A DNA stretch of 63,742 nt, counting the filler, from Rhabdomonas costata (lineage: Eukaryota), in the NCBI GenBank assembly GCA_019059605.1. It is 37 parts of 37 records of this genome, joined end to end, with 100 filler letters (N's around TTAATTAATTAA, not from the genome) between each part and the next. Parts side by side here need not be neighbours in the genome. Positions count along the whole stretch, not along the records: positions 12,077 to 13,702 come from JAHMHO010011748.1; positions 13,803 to 15,435 come from JAHMHO010011749.1; positions 15,536 to 17,160 come from JAHMHO010011750.1; positions 17,261 to 18,886 come from JAHMHO010011751.1; positions 18,987 to 20,612 come from JAHMHO010011752.1; positions 20,713 to 22,338 come from JAHMHO010011753.1; positions 22,439 to 24,064 come from JAHMHO010011754.1; positions 24,165 to 25,790 come from JAHMHO010011755.1; 29 more parts are not named here. One strand, written 5' to 3'. This document shows, piece by piece, positions 13,334-25,895 of the stretch (position 1 is its first letter; each line of letters opens with the position of its first letter). Under the pieces are notes generated by a model. That model worked only from the letters and a program-made list of their open reading frames with translations, was not told the origin of the DNA and searched no databases. The position numbers and the translations under genes were made by a program.

Positions 13334-14119
13334 CTACCCCAACCGACCCAACGGATCGAGAAAGGCAGCCAATCCCCCCACCGCCAACCAAACACCTGAA
13401 CAGGTTCTCCCTAAAAAAACCAGAACTTGAAGTTGAGTACAACCACTGCAAGCATTCTTCAAAAAAAAACCCGCAGATAACTGTGTGCGCACAAGGAACG
13501 TGCTGGAGACAAAACCGGGGAGAAAAAACCCACCGATAATGTTGAACCTTCCACGCACTCTTCGACAAATATCGGCAACATGTATACCCGCACAGGATGT
13601 GCCAGAAGCTCACGACAACGGCAGCGGTTTAAAACATTCGCACATCATATACAACGAGGCAGACCCGCAGCAAAACGGCAACAAAATCACCCCCAAAAAA
13701 CCNNNNNNNNNNNNNNNNNNNNNNNNNNNNNNNNNNNNNNNNNNNNTTAATTAATTAANNNNNNNNNNNNNNNNNNNNNNNNNNNNNNNNNNNNNNNNNN
13801 NNTTTGCCCAACTACCTGCGTAGTGGGTGGTTCCAGGGTCGCTGCGCCGTGCAATGGAAGGGTGAAGTTCCCTTGTAATATCCCATCTCTTCTCATATCC
13901 GTCTTTCCTCGAATTGTAAAGGTTGTACGGATAACCGAAGCCGAACAGGTTTCGAAATGTTGAGGTTGTGCTGTTTCACCGTTGATTTTTATGTGTTTCG
14001 TGTGTTTTGTGTGTTTTGTGTGCTTTTGTGTGTAACGTGGGTGATGGGATTCCGTTCGTTGCAGCTTTGAGTTTATGTGCAACGTTATTCATCAGGTGTG
14101 GTTTTATGGTGCACAGGAC

Positions 14120-14926
14120 CTTCGTATCGGCAGCCATTTGCGTACGTCAGCACGCCATTGCCGCACGCGGAGTCATTCTTCCACTCCCCCTGAAACACAC
14201 ATGGCAGCCAACACCAGAAACAAAAAAGGCAAAGAATGTTCACACACACAACGCGCAAGCACAGCCTCAAATAGGGAAAAAAAAGATGTAGGAAGTGGTC
14301 AGCGTACCTCGTACGAGTCGCCGTTGGAGTACGTCAAAACACCTGCCAAGACAACACAACTTCTTTCAGGCACCGTGCTCTTCAGCGCAGGTTGGGGTAA
14401 GGTTCATGATTCAATGTTCAATTCAGCGTCAAGGTCAAAAACAAAAGTGATGGGCAGAATACGGACGGTTTCTTTAACAACCTGTTTCTGCCCCCATTCT
14501 GTAATACGGTCAAAGTGTAAAGCTCTCGTTCAATGCCACCGAGTAATTTAATTCGGCTCAACTTTTTCAATTCATTTCACAGTTGAATTCCACCCCAATG
14601 TTACAATGTTACATCACTCGTCATGCGTCACTTGATGGCCTTGCCGCCTTGTGTGACCGATCAATCAAGCGCAAAAACACACACGATTGCCGACGAAAAA
14701 GTTGCCAAACAATCATGAAGACATAAGATGAGAACATAAGCAGCAACTCCGCAACTCTGTTTTTTTCTGTTGGTGCATCGGGGACGATGTATGCGGGGTA
14801 GGAAGGCAGCCAAGAGGTCATGAGGCAGAAGACCTGCAACCACTATTTCGATGCAATATTTGGAGGCGAAGCGAAGGGAGCTAAGGGATGTGACCAAATG
14901 CGGGGGCATGGGCGCTCTTGCACAGT

Positions 14927-14969
<43 letters not shown>

Positions 14970-15146
14970 GCTGCCGTGCTTCTTGCCCTGGGCCCAGTCC
15001 CCGACGTACTTGTCCCCGTGGACGTAGGTCAGGGTACCCTTCCCGTGAGCCTTGTCGTCCTTCCAGTATCCCTCGTACTTCTCCCCGTTGACGTACGCCA
15101 GGGTGCCGTACCCCTCCTTCACGTCGTCCACCCACTCCCCATCGTA
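14120..15146 (-). CDS. MORN-repeat protein, partial; exons 15146-14969, 14342-14308 and 14189-14120
   Basis: Tandem YxGxWxxxxxxGxGxLxYxNG repeats ([37 protein letters not shown]...) continue in frame across two GT-AG introns. Confidence 0.93.
14928..14968. repeat. (CA)n microsatellite; on the minus strand it starts exactly at the MORN intron donor
   Basis: About 20 CA units. Confidence 0.95.
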
Positions 15147-17260
15147 CTGCAAAGAAAAAAGAAAAAAAGAAAAACTGGAAAAAAGGGGTTCAGAGAGTGA
15201 ACACCTTTGAGGGTCAAGCGGCTTGCCAACCTTAAACTTGAGACCAAATGAAAAAATTAGCACGAACGACCAAAAACGTTTGAATAGTGCACCGAAAGAA
15301 TTCTGAACAGAAATCTGGAACTTCAGTGAGGCGCTGGGCAACATTCAGGATGCAGCGTTGGGATACTTTGAGGTCCCCCCCCTTTCAGGTTCCGACAGTT
15401 TGGCCCTGCCGTTCCTAAATGCAAGAAAAAAAACCNNNNNNNNNNNNNNNNNNNNNNNNNNNNNNNNNNNNNNNNNNNNTTAATTAATTAANNNNNNNNN
15501 NNNNNNNNNNNNNNNNNNNNNNNNNNNNNNNNNNNGTGTTGGGTGTGGTTGGTGTGGGGGGGCCCTGCGAACGACATACAAGGAGGATTACGGGGGCAAT
15601 CAATCCTGGGCCCTCAAGCCCGCCCGGAAAACAAATACGAATATCCGGTATCCTGCGTTTTGGTCTGCGGTTTGGTCCTGTCTACGGACGAGATATCTTT
15701 CTTTTAGGAGTCAAGGTTTTACGCGAGACCTTCATCCATGAGCATCCGGAGTTCTGTATGCACCGTCAAAACAAATGCCTCATGATTTCCCCCCCTCATC
15801 CAACAGGGTTCGCCGCCACAGCACGTCCAAACCATGCTTGGTTAGGAACGTTCACGGGCGTTAACAGCTCCAAACACACACCCGCACCCCACGCCACAAA
15901 CCGGCCACGCAGCAGTCCTGGGTTGTGCACTGTGCGGCGGGGCAAACAAGGCTGGAGTTCGTCGTCTTGACCTGAAGAGCGGGGCACGCCGAGGTGAAGC
16001 TGCCGCAGGTGGGCTCTGTGGACACACACAAGAAAAAAGAGAGACCCGTGGGGCCGAGAAGCGTGAGTGCGTGAGGTGATGGACGGGCGGCACACGCGCA
16101 TAGCATCTAATACACGGCTTTCCTCTCTTGGGCCCCACACAGAATCCCGACCCCAAGGGTTCTTGGTATCCCTGCGCGCGTTGGGGGGTCTTTCTCAGAG
16201 GACCACTTGCCCGTAACTGTCCCTCCCCCCGACACCCCAACGAATAGAAGAAGCCACAGAAGCGGGCACATGCTGAGCTGGGTATTATGGGTACGGTACT
16301 CTTATGGATACTGTCAGGTACCGAAAAACAGCTCGAAACCACACAATTAGTCGGCTAAGGTGGCAGCTTAGGCGCAATAGTAAAGGCAACTCTGGCTCCC
16401 ACCTCCACCCCCCCCCCACTGTGAAACATGGGGGCCAGCAAGGTGTCTGGTTGGGGACATTAGTTGAATCTGCGCGCCAAATTGACCGCGGTCCGGTTCC
16501 ATGGCAAAACTCGAGATGAAGGCTGAGAAAGGTCACGCACACAGGGACATGCGTTACTCACCGCTTTCCATGGTTTCTGCAACTGCACAGTCTTCTGCCT
16601 TTGAAAATAACACCCCCTAACAGGGCCGGCACTGAAGCACAAGGGTGATTCTCCCAGGCCCCCTTAGCCGCCGTTTAGGTGTTTTCCAGGTGTCGAGGGA
16701 GCGTTACCCAAAGAACGGCAAGGCGGTGGGAGTGCACATCGTTTATTGCTTCTTGTCCCTGAACTGCATCAAGCCGACCGGCCGATGTTTTGGAGATAAT
16801 GCCAGGAATGTGCGCCGTGGGCATCTGCCGCTCACCACAGGATACTCCTTTTCTCGCCGGGTCGTCAGGTCAATATAGGTGTCACGCCACGCGCCAGTTG
16901 GGAGAGCCAAACAATCGCTACGCGGCTGCGCTGCCGAAAATCTTGCCCGTGGTCATGGTAGGGATTCTGTGCATTAAAAACGCTCGTATCGCGAGCGTTC
17001 TGTTTTTTCTGCTTTGCGTCGGGGTCCGGCGGAAAATCGAAATACGGCTTCTATTTTTTCTCCCGCTCTCGCGCTCATATGTCGTGGCATATGTCGTCTA
17101 ACTGTCTCCCGCAGGTGAAACAGGCTGCAAGATATAAACAGGCCCCGCCCCCCCCACCCCNNNNNNNNNNNNNNNNNNNNNNNNNNNNNNNNNNNNNNNN
17201 NNNNTTAATTAATTAANNNNNNNNNNNNNNNNNNNNNNNNNNNNNNNNNNNNNNNNNNNN

Positions 17261-17395
17261 GGGAGAGCACAGGAGGGTGAGAAGGGAGAGCCGCAGATCC
17301 ACATAGAGAGTCACTTAATTTAAAAGCCCTTTTAAAATTAAGTGACTCTCTATGTGGATCTGCGGCTCTCCCTTCTCACCCTCCTGTGCTCTCCC
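17261..17395. repeat. Perfect contig-terminal hairpin (~66-bp arms)
   Basis: gggagagcacagg...aattttaaaag mirrored by cttttaaaatt...tgtgctctccc. Confidence 0.95.
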
Positions 17396-19085
17396 GCAAA
17401 GGTTCCAACAGCCACTGGGCCCATTTCCACACCTGACGTGCTGCTCTCCCCTTCCAATTAAACTTCTGGTTCTCCCATTTTTCTCACTCTCAAGTCCGCA
17501 GTGAAGGCACGGCTAATTCTTGACTTGCGTTTCTCCAACTCCCTTTATAGGTCGCTCATTTCACAATCACACACATTTTCCTTACCACAGCTGGAAGCAT
17601 TGCTCACCTCACGTTCCGGTCCTAATATCGCAAATTGTTTCCGGTACATCTCCCTCTCCTCCGATGTGTGTGGTGCTCTCTCTCTCTCTCTTCAGTCGCC
17701 TGGTGAAATTCTTTCTTCTCGGCGCTAACCTTTCGGCTGGGCATGGTCTCCTCTCCTTGCTCACTCACACAGTCAGTCTCCCCGTGAAGCTCTCCAACGC
17801 ATTCTCCTGACTATCTTTCAGTATATTCACGACCTTCTTCTCTATCTCATGACCGACGCCTGCTTCCTCACCTTTTGCGCGCACTATGTCGCGCACCTCT
17901 TCCACAGCGTTGGCACAAATCAGCACTCTGGGATGCTGGCTTCCCTTCTCGTACCGAGCTCGGCCAGAAACCAGGCCGAGCTGTATGGTCTTGTCCATGG
18001 TAAACGGCAAGCTGGCCTGTGGATGTTCAGCCACTTGTGTCTCATCACGCACTCCATTGCAGCGTACTAAACAACCTTGAATGGTTGCGCGTCGAGTAAC
18101 CAGCCTGCTTTCCTCCGTCTCCTGCGCAGAATGGTGCACAGGGCACCAGTTTCAGCTTAGGCTCTCCCTCGCCCTCACAGCCACTCACTAAACTGCTGCA
18201 GATGCCATAGCCCGTTTGCACCGGCATCCTCACGCTCTAGTGTTGTTGCGTTCGCGCGATCTTGCGGCTCTCACTAGACCAACTACGCCGTCATCCCTGG
18301 ATTCTGCTCTTCTACAACGCACACTTTTCGTTGCGAACGTGCAAAAGTGTTTTGTGCCTTTCCTGCCATTGCCTTCTCCTGGACGCCAGGAAAGGAAAGT
18401 TTCTGAAGGAAACTGCTTCTCGGTATTTAGGGAAAACAATTTCATTTATAATGTATAGTCAGTGCTTTGGTGGTCAGTGTGTGTGGAGGGCGGGGGGAGG
18501 GTGCGTCAGCCCACTTGCATATCGAAGCAAGAGAGATGCGAATCAGCAGGAGGGACGAGCAAACAGCGGCGGCGGTTGAGGCACGCACAAAACTCGAAAA
18601 TACACTTAAAAGTTGAACCACAGCGGCTTTCGGTACGTTTCGGTACGTGGGGCACCATTCATGAAAGCATGAAAACACGTCCATTCCTCTCCCAAAATGG
18701 CAATCAAGCATCAAGAACTCAGCGCGGGGAAATGGTGACGGGACGGCAATGAGTGGATCATGCAAACCGATTAACCGACTTCACTACACCCAGGAGAAGC
18801 CACGCCCTTCCACACAGGAAATGACCCAGGGTGTTGTAAGAAAGTCCGCTTCAGATGTCTGCACAATGGGAAGGTTATAACACAGCNNNNNNNNNNNNNN
18901 NNNNNNNNNNNNNNNNNNNNNNNNNNNNNNTTAATTAATTAANNNNNNNNNNNNNNNNNNNNNNNNNNNNNNNNNNNNNNNNNNNNTTTTGTTTGGTGGA
19001 GGGTCCTGGAGCAGAGCAGAAAGGCTAAGCTGTTTAGTGGTCGATTTTGGGAAGGATGGGATGGGCATCGCTATGGTAGATGCAC

Positions 19086-20506
19086 CTTGGGTCACAGCGC
19101 AGGTCGTCCCACGTAGCTTCACCCGCTGCCGTGCCGCCAGCCTGTCGGCCTCTGCACTGGTATTCAGAAACAAGATAACATCGCGGTGGTCCAACAGAAC
19201 CCGCTCCACGCCGTGTGGCCGAAGCTCTCTAAGAAGCACATCCCGAAGAAGGTTCATAACCCGCAGGTCAAGCACCGCCTGCTTGGAGGCCGCTCCCCGG
19301 GAGCTCGGCTGGACACCAACACGGTGGGTCTGCTCCACAGTCGTCAGTCCGCTGGCCAGAGCTGCTTTCAGAGTAGCTTCCGAGAAAAACTCTGCGACGG
19401 AACTCCCGTTAGTGGCAGAGAAGAAGACCTTGCGAAGGTCGGGGTAGGTGGCTCGCAGGATTTGGAGCAGAAGCTGTTCCAGCTGTACTCTGGCCAGAAC
19501 GGCGAAGTAGCCCGTCGGCTCGGTTGCGACGAATTTGTCAGATTCTAAAAAGAAAAGGTACGGGCTCGAAGTAAAGGTACACAGAGTTGGCAGCTGAAAG
19601 GATATAACGGCAGAAATTCGATGTTGGTTTGCAACATGCGCAGTGAACCCCGAATTAAGTGTGTCCACTGTTCACAGAAGAAAGGCTGCCCAACCAAGAA
19701 GACTAGAGAGATTGAGAGTGAGAAAGTATGGCAATATTTTTTAGGTGCGGGTGGCAGTTTCCGCATTATCCCAACAACAGAACTCAGCGAAGCACAACAG
19801 CACATGCCAGCGGCAGAAGAAGTGCCAATAGTGCATTCGGGACGGCGCACCTTCCGCCTCATGGAAAAAATTTACATACAGAGCAGACAACACAAGCACA
19901 CACGATGCGAGCATGGTGTCCGGCGATCAAGCACCAACGAACAAAGCCAACGTGCTTTCCACACTGTTTGCTATTTTTAGCCTTTAGTAAGCCTGTATTC
20001 GGTCAAAAGGTATCTTTTGGATGCGATCCGTGGCCCAGATGAAATAGAACATGGCCTCGCCCCACCCCCTCCCCAGTTTTTCACAAAATTGGTGCTGGTT
20101 ACGTGGCCCGAACGTTGTCTTTTTTGTCCGGAAGGCAAAAATTCGTAGGTTGATGCAATTGCACATAGTTCCAGACGACACAGAGACACACAGAGGTTTC
20201 GACACAGTAGGGGGGGGTGCTTAAATCCCGATCCTTAAAACCGAAACAGAAGTCAAGACCAGGAACAGCGCTGGAGCTGCGGACACGAGGCCGGGTTTCG
20301 GGACCCCTGAGCCCCTGGTCCTGCTGGTTGCGGGACGGGCGTCGGAGCCTGCACGACACCCCATGCACCGCCAGTGTCCGGCGGGCTTCCAGCCGCTCTG
20401 CCGCCTGCACGCTGTCCACACGAAGCTCACAGAAGGGGAACCGCGGGCTGGGCGGAAGCAGGAAGCTCGTCACCCCTTCCTTCTCCAATGCAGGACCCAG
20501 CGCAGC
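19086..20506 (-). CDS. Multi-exon protein with repeated degenerate RRM-like modules; main exons ~20506-20270 and 19544-19086
   Basis: Two similar modules: GVTSFLL...CELRVDSVQAAERLEARRTLAVHGVSC and GVERVLL...ILFLNTSAEADRLAARQRVKLRGTTC. AG/GT borders on the larger exon. Confidence 0.5.
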
Positions 20507-22477
20507 CTGGGGGCAAAAGTCGCCACGATTGCTTCAAACCGCAGTGATAGTGCAGAAGTTGTACCATGGGAACACCTAGATCCGGCCCACCAACACGACC
20601 CAATCACGAGCTNNNNNNNNNNNNNNNNNNNNNNNNNNNNNNNNNNNNNNNNNNNNTTAATTAATTAANNNNNNNNNNNNNNNNNNNNNNNNNNNNNNNN
20701 NNNNNNNNNNNNTGTGTTGGGGGGAGCCCATAAATGCACTTAATAGGGGGGGACAGGACATACATGCCTAGAGCCCAAATTAGAGGCACACCTCCACTCA
20801 TTCTCTTCCTGCTCACCCAAGGAAAAGACGACACGCGCGCGCTTGGAGTGATCCTCACCTCGAGGCCGCTGCAGGGGCACGATCGTCGGGGTCCCGGAAG
20901 TCCCTCAGAACGTCCTCCTGGTCATCCATTGTGGACCACCCGAGTACAAAGTGCAACGGTGGAAACCGAGAGGTGAGGTCTCAGACAGAACTCAGAAATG
21001 AAGAAAGTGGGCACAGCGGTAAAGGAACATAGGAAAGCTGCAATTATATAAGAGTTGGGTGGGTGGGTGAAGACCTGCCCCAAGCGCATTCGAGGGAGTA
21101 AACCGGGAAAGGGCGGACCAGCCATGACCACTTTCCAACCATATTTCATTTTCCATTTTCTAGGGGCTACTATGCTCTGTGGGAGGAGCATTAAGCCCCG
21201 GATAAGCTGTCACGCTTCTTTGGTAACCTTTGGTAACCTAGCCCCCTTTTGAATATTTTTGTCCCTTCCGAAAGTGGTGACGAGCTTACCATGAACACAA
21301 CACAACACAACAGAACAAAACTTTGATTTGGTTTGGTATCCCAGACGTTTGTTTGCACAAGTCCAAGTTCCCTGCACAGAACCCAGAGTCTTTTCGACGG
21401 TTTCAGACAGAAAAGCAAAAGCGTAAACAAGAAATGAAATGATCACGGCAATCGCAGTACACATTTCCAACTAAGACATACATTCATTCAATGCCTCAAA
21501 GCAGAGGGGTCCTGCACACCATGTGGAGCTGTGGCCAAGAAGTAACACACAGCAAACAGACGTAAGCACCTGAGAAGCATCGCATCAATTTACAAAGGCT
21601 GCGCTAAGGGACACCTACGGCTCGAAGGTAGTCCGACAGAACATGAATGTCTTTGTGGATCTGAAGCGCTTCCGCGTTTCTACCCTGCAACGGATGCATA
21701 AGAAACATAAAAAAGGAAAGACCTCGAATATCACAGAGAAGGTACATTCGAGAATGTGAACCGTCTGAAACGCTCAACGCCCCGCACAAACCGCCGTGCT
21801 GAAGGCGACCGCACGAGAGAGATCTTTATTTCGCTGTTCCCCTTAACCAACAAATGAAGACAGCAACCTCAACCTCATTCCCCAAAGCGAAAACATGTTA
21901 GAAAGCAAGGCGGCACATACACCCATGTACAAATGGCACAAAGCTGCTGCTGGGGCGGCGGCACGGTTAAGCTGACGACTGCGACTGCTACACCGAAACC
22001 CTGAGCCCCCGACTGGCAAGTCTAGCTCAAGTTACGACACGGGCGCCAGCTGACCCACTGGCAAAAGCCAGTAAGAATGCACATTTGACCACTGTTGTAT
22101 GCATCGTGGTGCTGTGGCATGCGCATGCACGCTATAACAGGGAGGTGTGACTGTCCCCCTCAGCTTATGATCTGCATGAATAATATCTGAATCATAATTG
22201 AGAAAATGAAGCAAAATCTTCTGACAAAAACGTCCCTGTCCATAGGCGCAAAGCAGCAGTACAGATGCAAATACAGAGGGAATCTTGGAGGCAATCCAGG
22301 CCATAACTCCCTAGGCAAGGTCCATAGGACCAACCACANNNNNNNNNNNNNNNNNNNNNNNNNNNNNNNNNNNNNNNNNNNNTTAATTAATTAANNNNNN
22401 NNNNNNNNNNNNNNNNNNNNNNNNNNNNNNNNNNNNNNCATACGCTACCAGGTTGTTGTACATCCGGTTTTCCACAG

Positions 22478-23810
22478 TGAGGGCGGGCGGGCAGTGTTGG
22501 TGAGCACTCCAGGGAGACTGCTGGGCCGAGTGCTGGAACAGCACGTGCGGCTGGACGCCGTCTCCGTGATTGTGCTGTGGCAGTTCGTCGAGCTACTTTC
22601 CGTGGTGGACATGCTCCGGGATACCTTGCACCTGCTCTCGCTGATGCCCCTGGTTGTCCAGGTCACCCCCGATTGCGGAATCTAGCAAATCGGGCGATTT
22701 TTTTTACCTCCCTGTCCACACGCCACATTCTTAGGGTTCCGTTCATCAGGCTTTAATGGTGCCCCTGTGCATTGCTGACTAGCGGAAGGGGGAGGGGAGG
22801 GAAGGGGGACGAAACAGACTAAGGGAACCACCGTCCTCTGGGGTGTGATGAGGCGCACAAGGGCAGTCTACCTCACCATATGATATGTCAAAAAGGAACG
22901 GTGACGAGAGTGTCCCTGAGGACCATCCATATTCATGTCTTTCCACCAATTGAGCCTGACCACCAAAGTAAAGGGCAGTCATCCAAACTTGTCTCATGGG
23001 TTTTTAACTTCTCCATCTTCCCCATCCCCCACCCACTACATTCCTCATCTCCCACCAGGTATTGTGCTTCTCGGCGACACCGTATGAGGCAGGGAACCTG
23101 GTGCACCGCCAGGTCCACGGCGCTGCGCTGCGCTTCGCGGCCACCCCGGTGCATCTCCGCAATGGGGCGGCTCCCCTTTTGGGGGCCCAGCTTCCGCTGG
23201 TGCGCCATTATTTCCTTTCTGGCCCAGCGGACACCCTGGCAGCAACAACCCCGGGCACGAGCCAGAGGGAATGTGAGGCCACAGAGCTTAAATTGCCCTT
23301 CGGCGTTGACTCGCTGGTTTCTAGGTTCAGGACCAGTTCGGCATTGGCGTTGGTGTGTCAATTGAACTCATAGGTTAAGGGTAAAGAAGGGTCACGAAGA
23401 TTTCTGCAGCCGTACGAAGGATTGGCCCCGGGTTGGTGTGCACAGCCTGTTCCTGCTAATGAGGTCATATGTCATATTTGGTGTGCTGCAAATAGTGGGG
23501 CCGGCGTGGTGTTTTGGTTCCCATGTCACTCGTGAACGGGGCAGCTAGCTCATGATTTCGCTGAACTTCTCCGTTTCCCTCACTCCTCTTTGGCTCGCCG
23601 GAAGCGGAATCCGCGGCGGCTGGAGTGTCCCAGAGTGCCAGGCCCTTGGCAAGGTTGGCATTGGCTGAGGCCGCGGTGACGGCTCTGGTAGAGGCCGGTC
23701 CTGTGGTGGTACTCACGGCAGAAGTGCCGAAGCTGTTTCATGCACTGCGGCGGCGGGGCATTGCCGTGGAGTGCATCCACTCCCATTCCACAAAGCAGCA
23801 GCGGCTGAGG
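22478..23810 (+). CDS. DEAD-box-helicase-like protein with degenerate motif II; exons 22478-22661, 23059-23254 and 23605-23810
   Basis: Motif Ib VSTPGRL; motif II position IVL-WQFV-ELL; motif III CFSAT; helicase-C-like LRRRGIAVECIHSHSTKQQR. The introns (GT-AG and GC-AG) keep frame. Confidence 0.75.
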
Positions 23811-23900
23811 GTGCGACCCCCCCCCCTATTGATACGTGACTTAATTTTGCTACGGGATTTTCATGCATCGAACCTATTTTTGTTGTAATGTATGTTGTAT

Positions 23901-24060
23901 GTTGTGGAACACAGAAGAACAACTTACTTAATCTTGAATTTATTTTTCAGTTCACCGCTTTCGAGAACAATGTGCGTTGAAACTATAAAAGCCATGACGA
24001 AGGCGATATGATGTTAGATAAATTCAAGATTAAGTAAGTTGTTCTTCTGTGTTCCACAAC
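23901..24060. repeat. Contig-terminal fold-back inverted repeat (~43-bp arms)
   Basis: gttgtggaacacagaag...gaatttat mirrored by ataaattc...gttccacaac. Confidence 0.9.
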
Positions 24061-24164
24061 CTCANNNNNNNNNNNNNNNNNNNNNNNNNNNNNNNNNNNN
24101 NNNNNNNNTTAATTAATTAANNNNNNNNNNNNNNNNNNNNNNNNNNNNNNNNNNNNNNNNNNNN

Positions 24165-25573
24165 TTTTTTTTGGGCTATGCGCTCGGGTGAAACCGGAGT
24201 ATGTGATACTGCTGGACTGCGGCACGGTGCCTCAGAAGCAGGCGCTGTACAAGCTTTACGATGCCATGGAGCACGACGAGATGATTGGAGGGTGCGCGGG
24301 GGAGATCGAAGCTCAGAACAATTGGTGCAATCCCGTGGTCACCGGTCAGGCCTTTGAGTACAAGGTGGGTGGTTCGTGAGCGAGTGCGTTTTAGTTTGGT
24401 TGCAGGAGGGCCTTGGCGGACGGATCGTTGGCTTCCGTCTTCCGCCCTGGTGATTTCCGAAATGCTCTTAATTCTCCGCAATGCACTTATTTTGTAACGC
24501 TTTTGGGGCATCGGGACAGGCGATTTACTTTTCCTTGTTGCCACTTCCCCCCGGTGATCGTTCGGTGTTTCGGTCGACAGGGTAGAAGTTCACCACTCGG
24601 TGCCCCACAAGAACACAAAATGGATAAGGAACCATCTGTGAACTCAGGTAGGGGATTTATTTACATGGTCCACTCAGTGGAATCTTGCCTCACCGCTGAA
24701 TATTGTTCGACCGGTTTTCTCCCCTCCCGACGCGGGACCCGATTAGATGAACTCGATGTGTGCGCTTCTCTGAAGATTGCGCATATCCTGGACAAGAGCG
24801 CCGAGGACGTCCTGGGGTTCATCAGCGTACTTCCCGGAGCCTTCTCCGCGTACCGATACAAGGCCCTGACAGAACCTGACTGCGATAACGGGTGTCCACC
24901 TCTTCTTCCTGTGGCGCTCTGGCTTCCGTTGAATCTTTGCACAGTGATCTCGAATGACAGTGAGCTCACGCTGTGTTTCTCAGTCAAAATAAGGCGAAAT
25001 GGCATCGGCCCGCTTCCACTTAGCCCGTGCAGGGTCAAAGTTGAGTGGAGTAATAGTTGGGAAAGAATGACGATTAGCGGACCTCCGTTCAGCTGCGCAG
25101 GCGCTGTGCAGTCTCTGTGCAAGAATTCATTATGATTCGCCGCTGCCCTTATCTGCTCCGACCTGTTCTCCCATGTCCCCCGTCTCCTCTATCTATCTCT
25201 ATCTCTATCCTTTTTATCCTTTGCTCTATGTTAAACACCCGTTTTCAAACATCGCACAACCTTTTCGTCTCGCGCGTTGCTGTGTGTTTTATGCTCCTCT
25301 TTCTATCCCTCTACATCTTTCTTTTCTCGTTGTCTCTATCATTTTGTGCCTCTCTCCTTCCTTGTGCCGCGCCAGTTGCACAGTCCATCTTGAGCTGCTC
25401 CATTTGGGCTCAATCACACCTCACGATGCGGTGGTGAGCGTTTTGACCTCTCAAAAAAATACTCGACCGCTCTGAATGCCCATTCACTTAGGGAGTCTCC
25501 ACTGAACAAGTACTTTGCCGGGATGCACACGCAGGATCTTGGACCGTTCATGTCCAATATCTACCTTGCAGAG
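24165..25573 (+). CDS. CHS: Chitin synthase (GT2) catalytic core, partial; exons 24165-24364, 24776-24891 and 25492-25573
   Basis: [54 protein letters not shown] and NIYLAE (expected to continue DR in the next exon) are ordered chitin synthase motifs. GT-AG introns keep frame. Confidence 0.92.
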
Positions 25574-25895
25574 GTGTGGGCATTGACCCCCCCTCATCTA
25601 GCTCTTTCTTGTTCCCTGGCATTTAACGCTTCGTTGTTCACACCAGCGGGCGTGGAAATCTCTTTGTCCAGTGGTCCTATTGGCTGCAAGACTTTGCCGC
25701 AGCGCCGGTAAGCATTGGAGCGGAGTTCCATACCTCAAATTAATCACATCCACAGGCTCGAAGTCACCACCTTCTTGTCCAACACCCACANNNNNNNNNN
25801 NNNNNNNNNNNNNNNNNNNNNNNNNNNNNNNNNNTTAATTAATTAANNNNNNNNNNNNNNNNNNNNNNNNNNNNNNNNNNNNNNNNNNNNTTAAC

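Noticed and set aside
17261-17395. Long perfect hairpins as miRNA precursors, MITEs or hairpin telomeres (also at 3458, 23901, 37790, 37981 and 58671)
   Set aside because: All sit at contig ends with unrelated sequences, and one interrupts a coding exon. This is typical of amplification fold-back chimeras.
22845-22919. Intronic box C/D snoRNA (GTGATGA...CTGA)
   Set aside because: No convincing C'/D' boxes, and only ~8 nt of possible rRNA complementarity.
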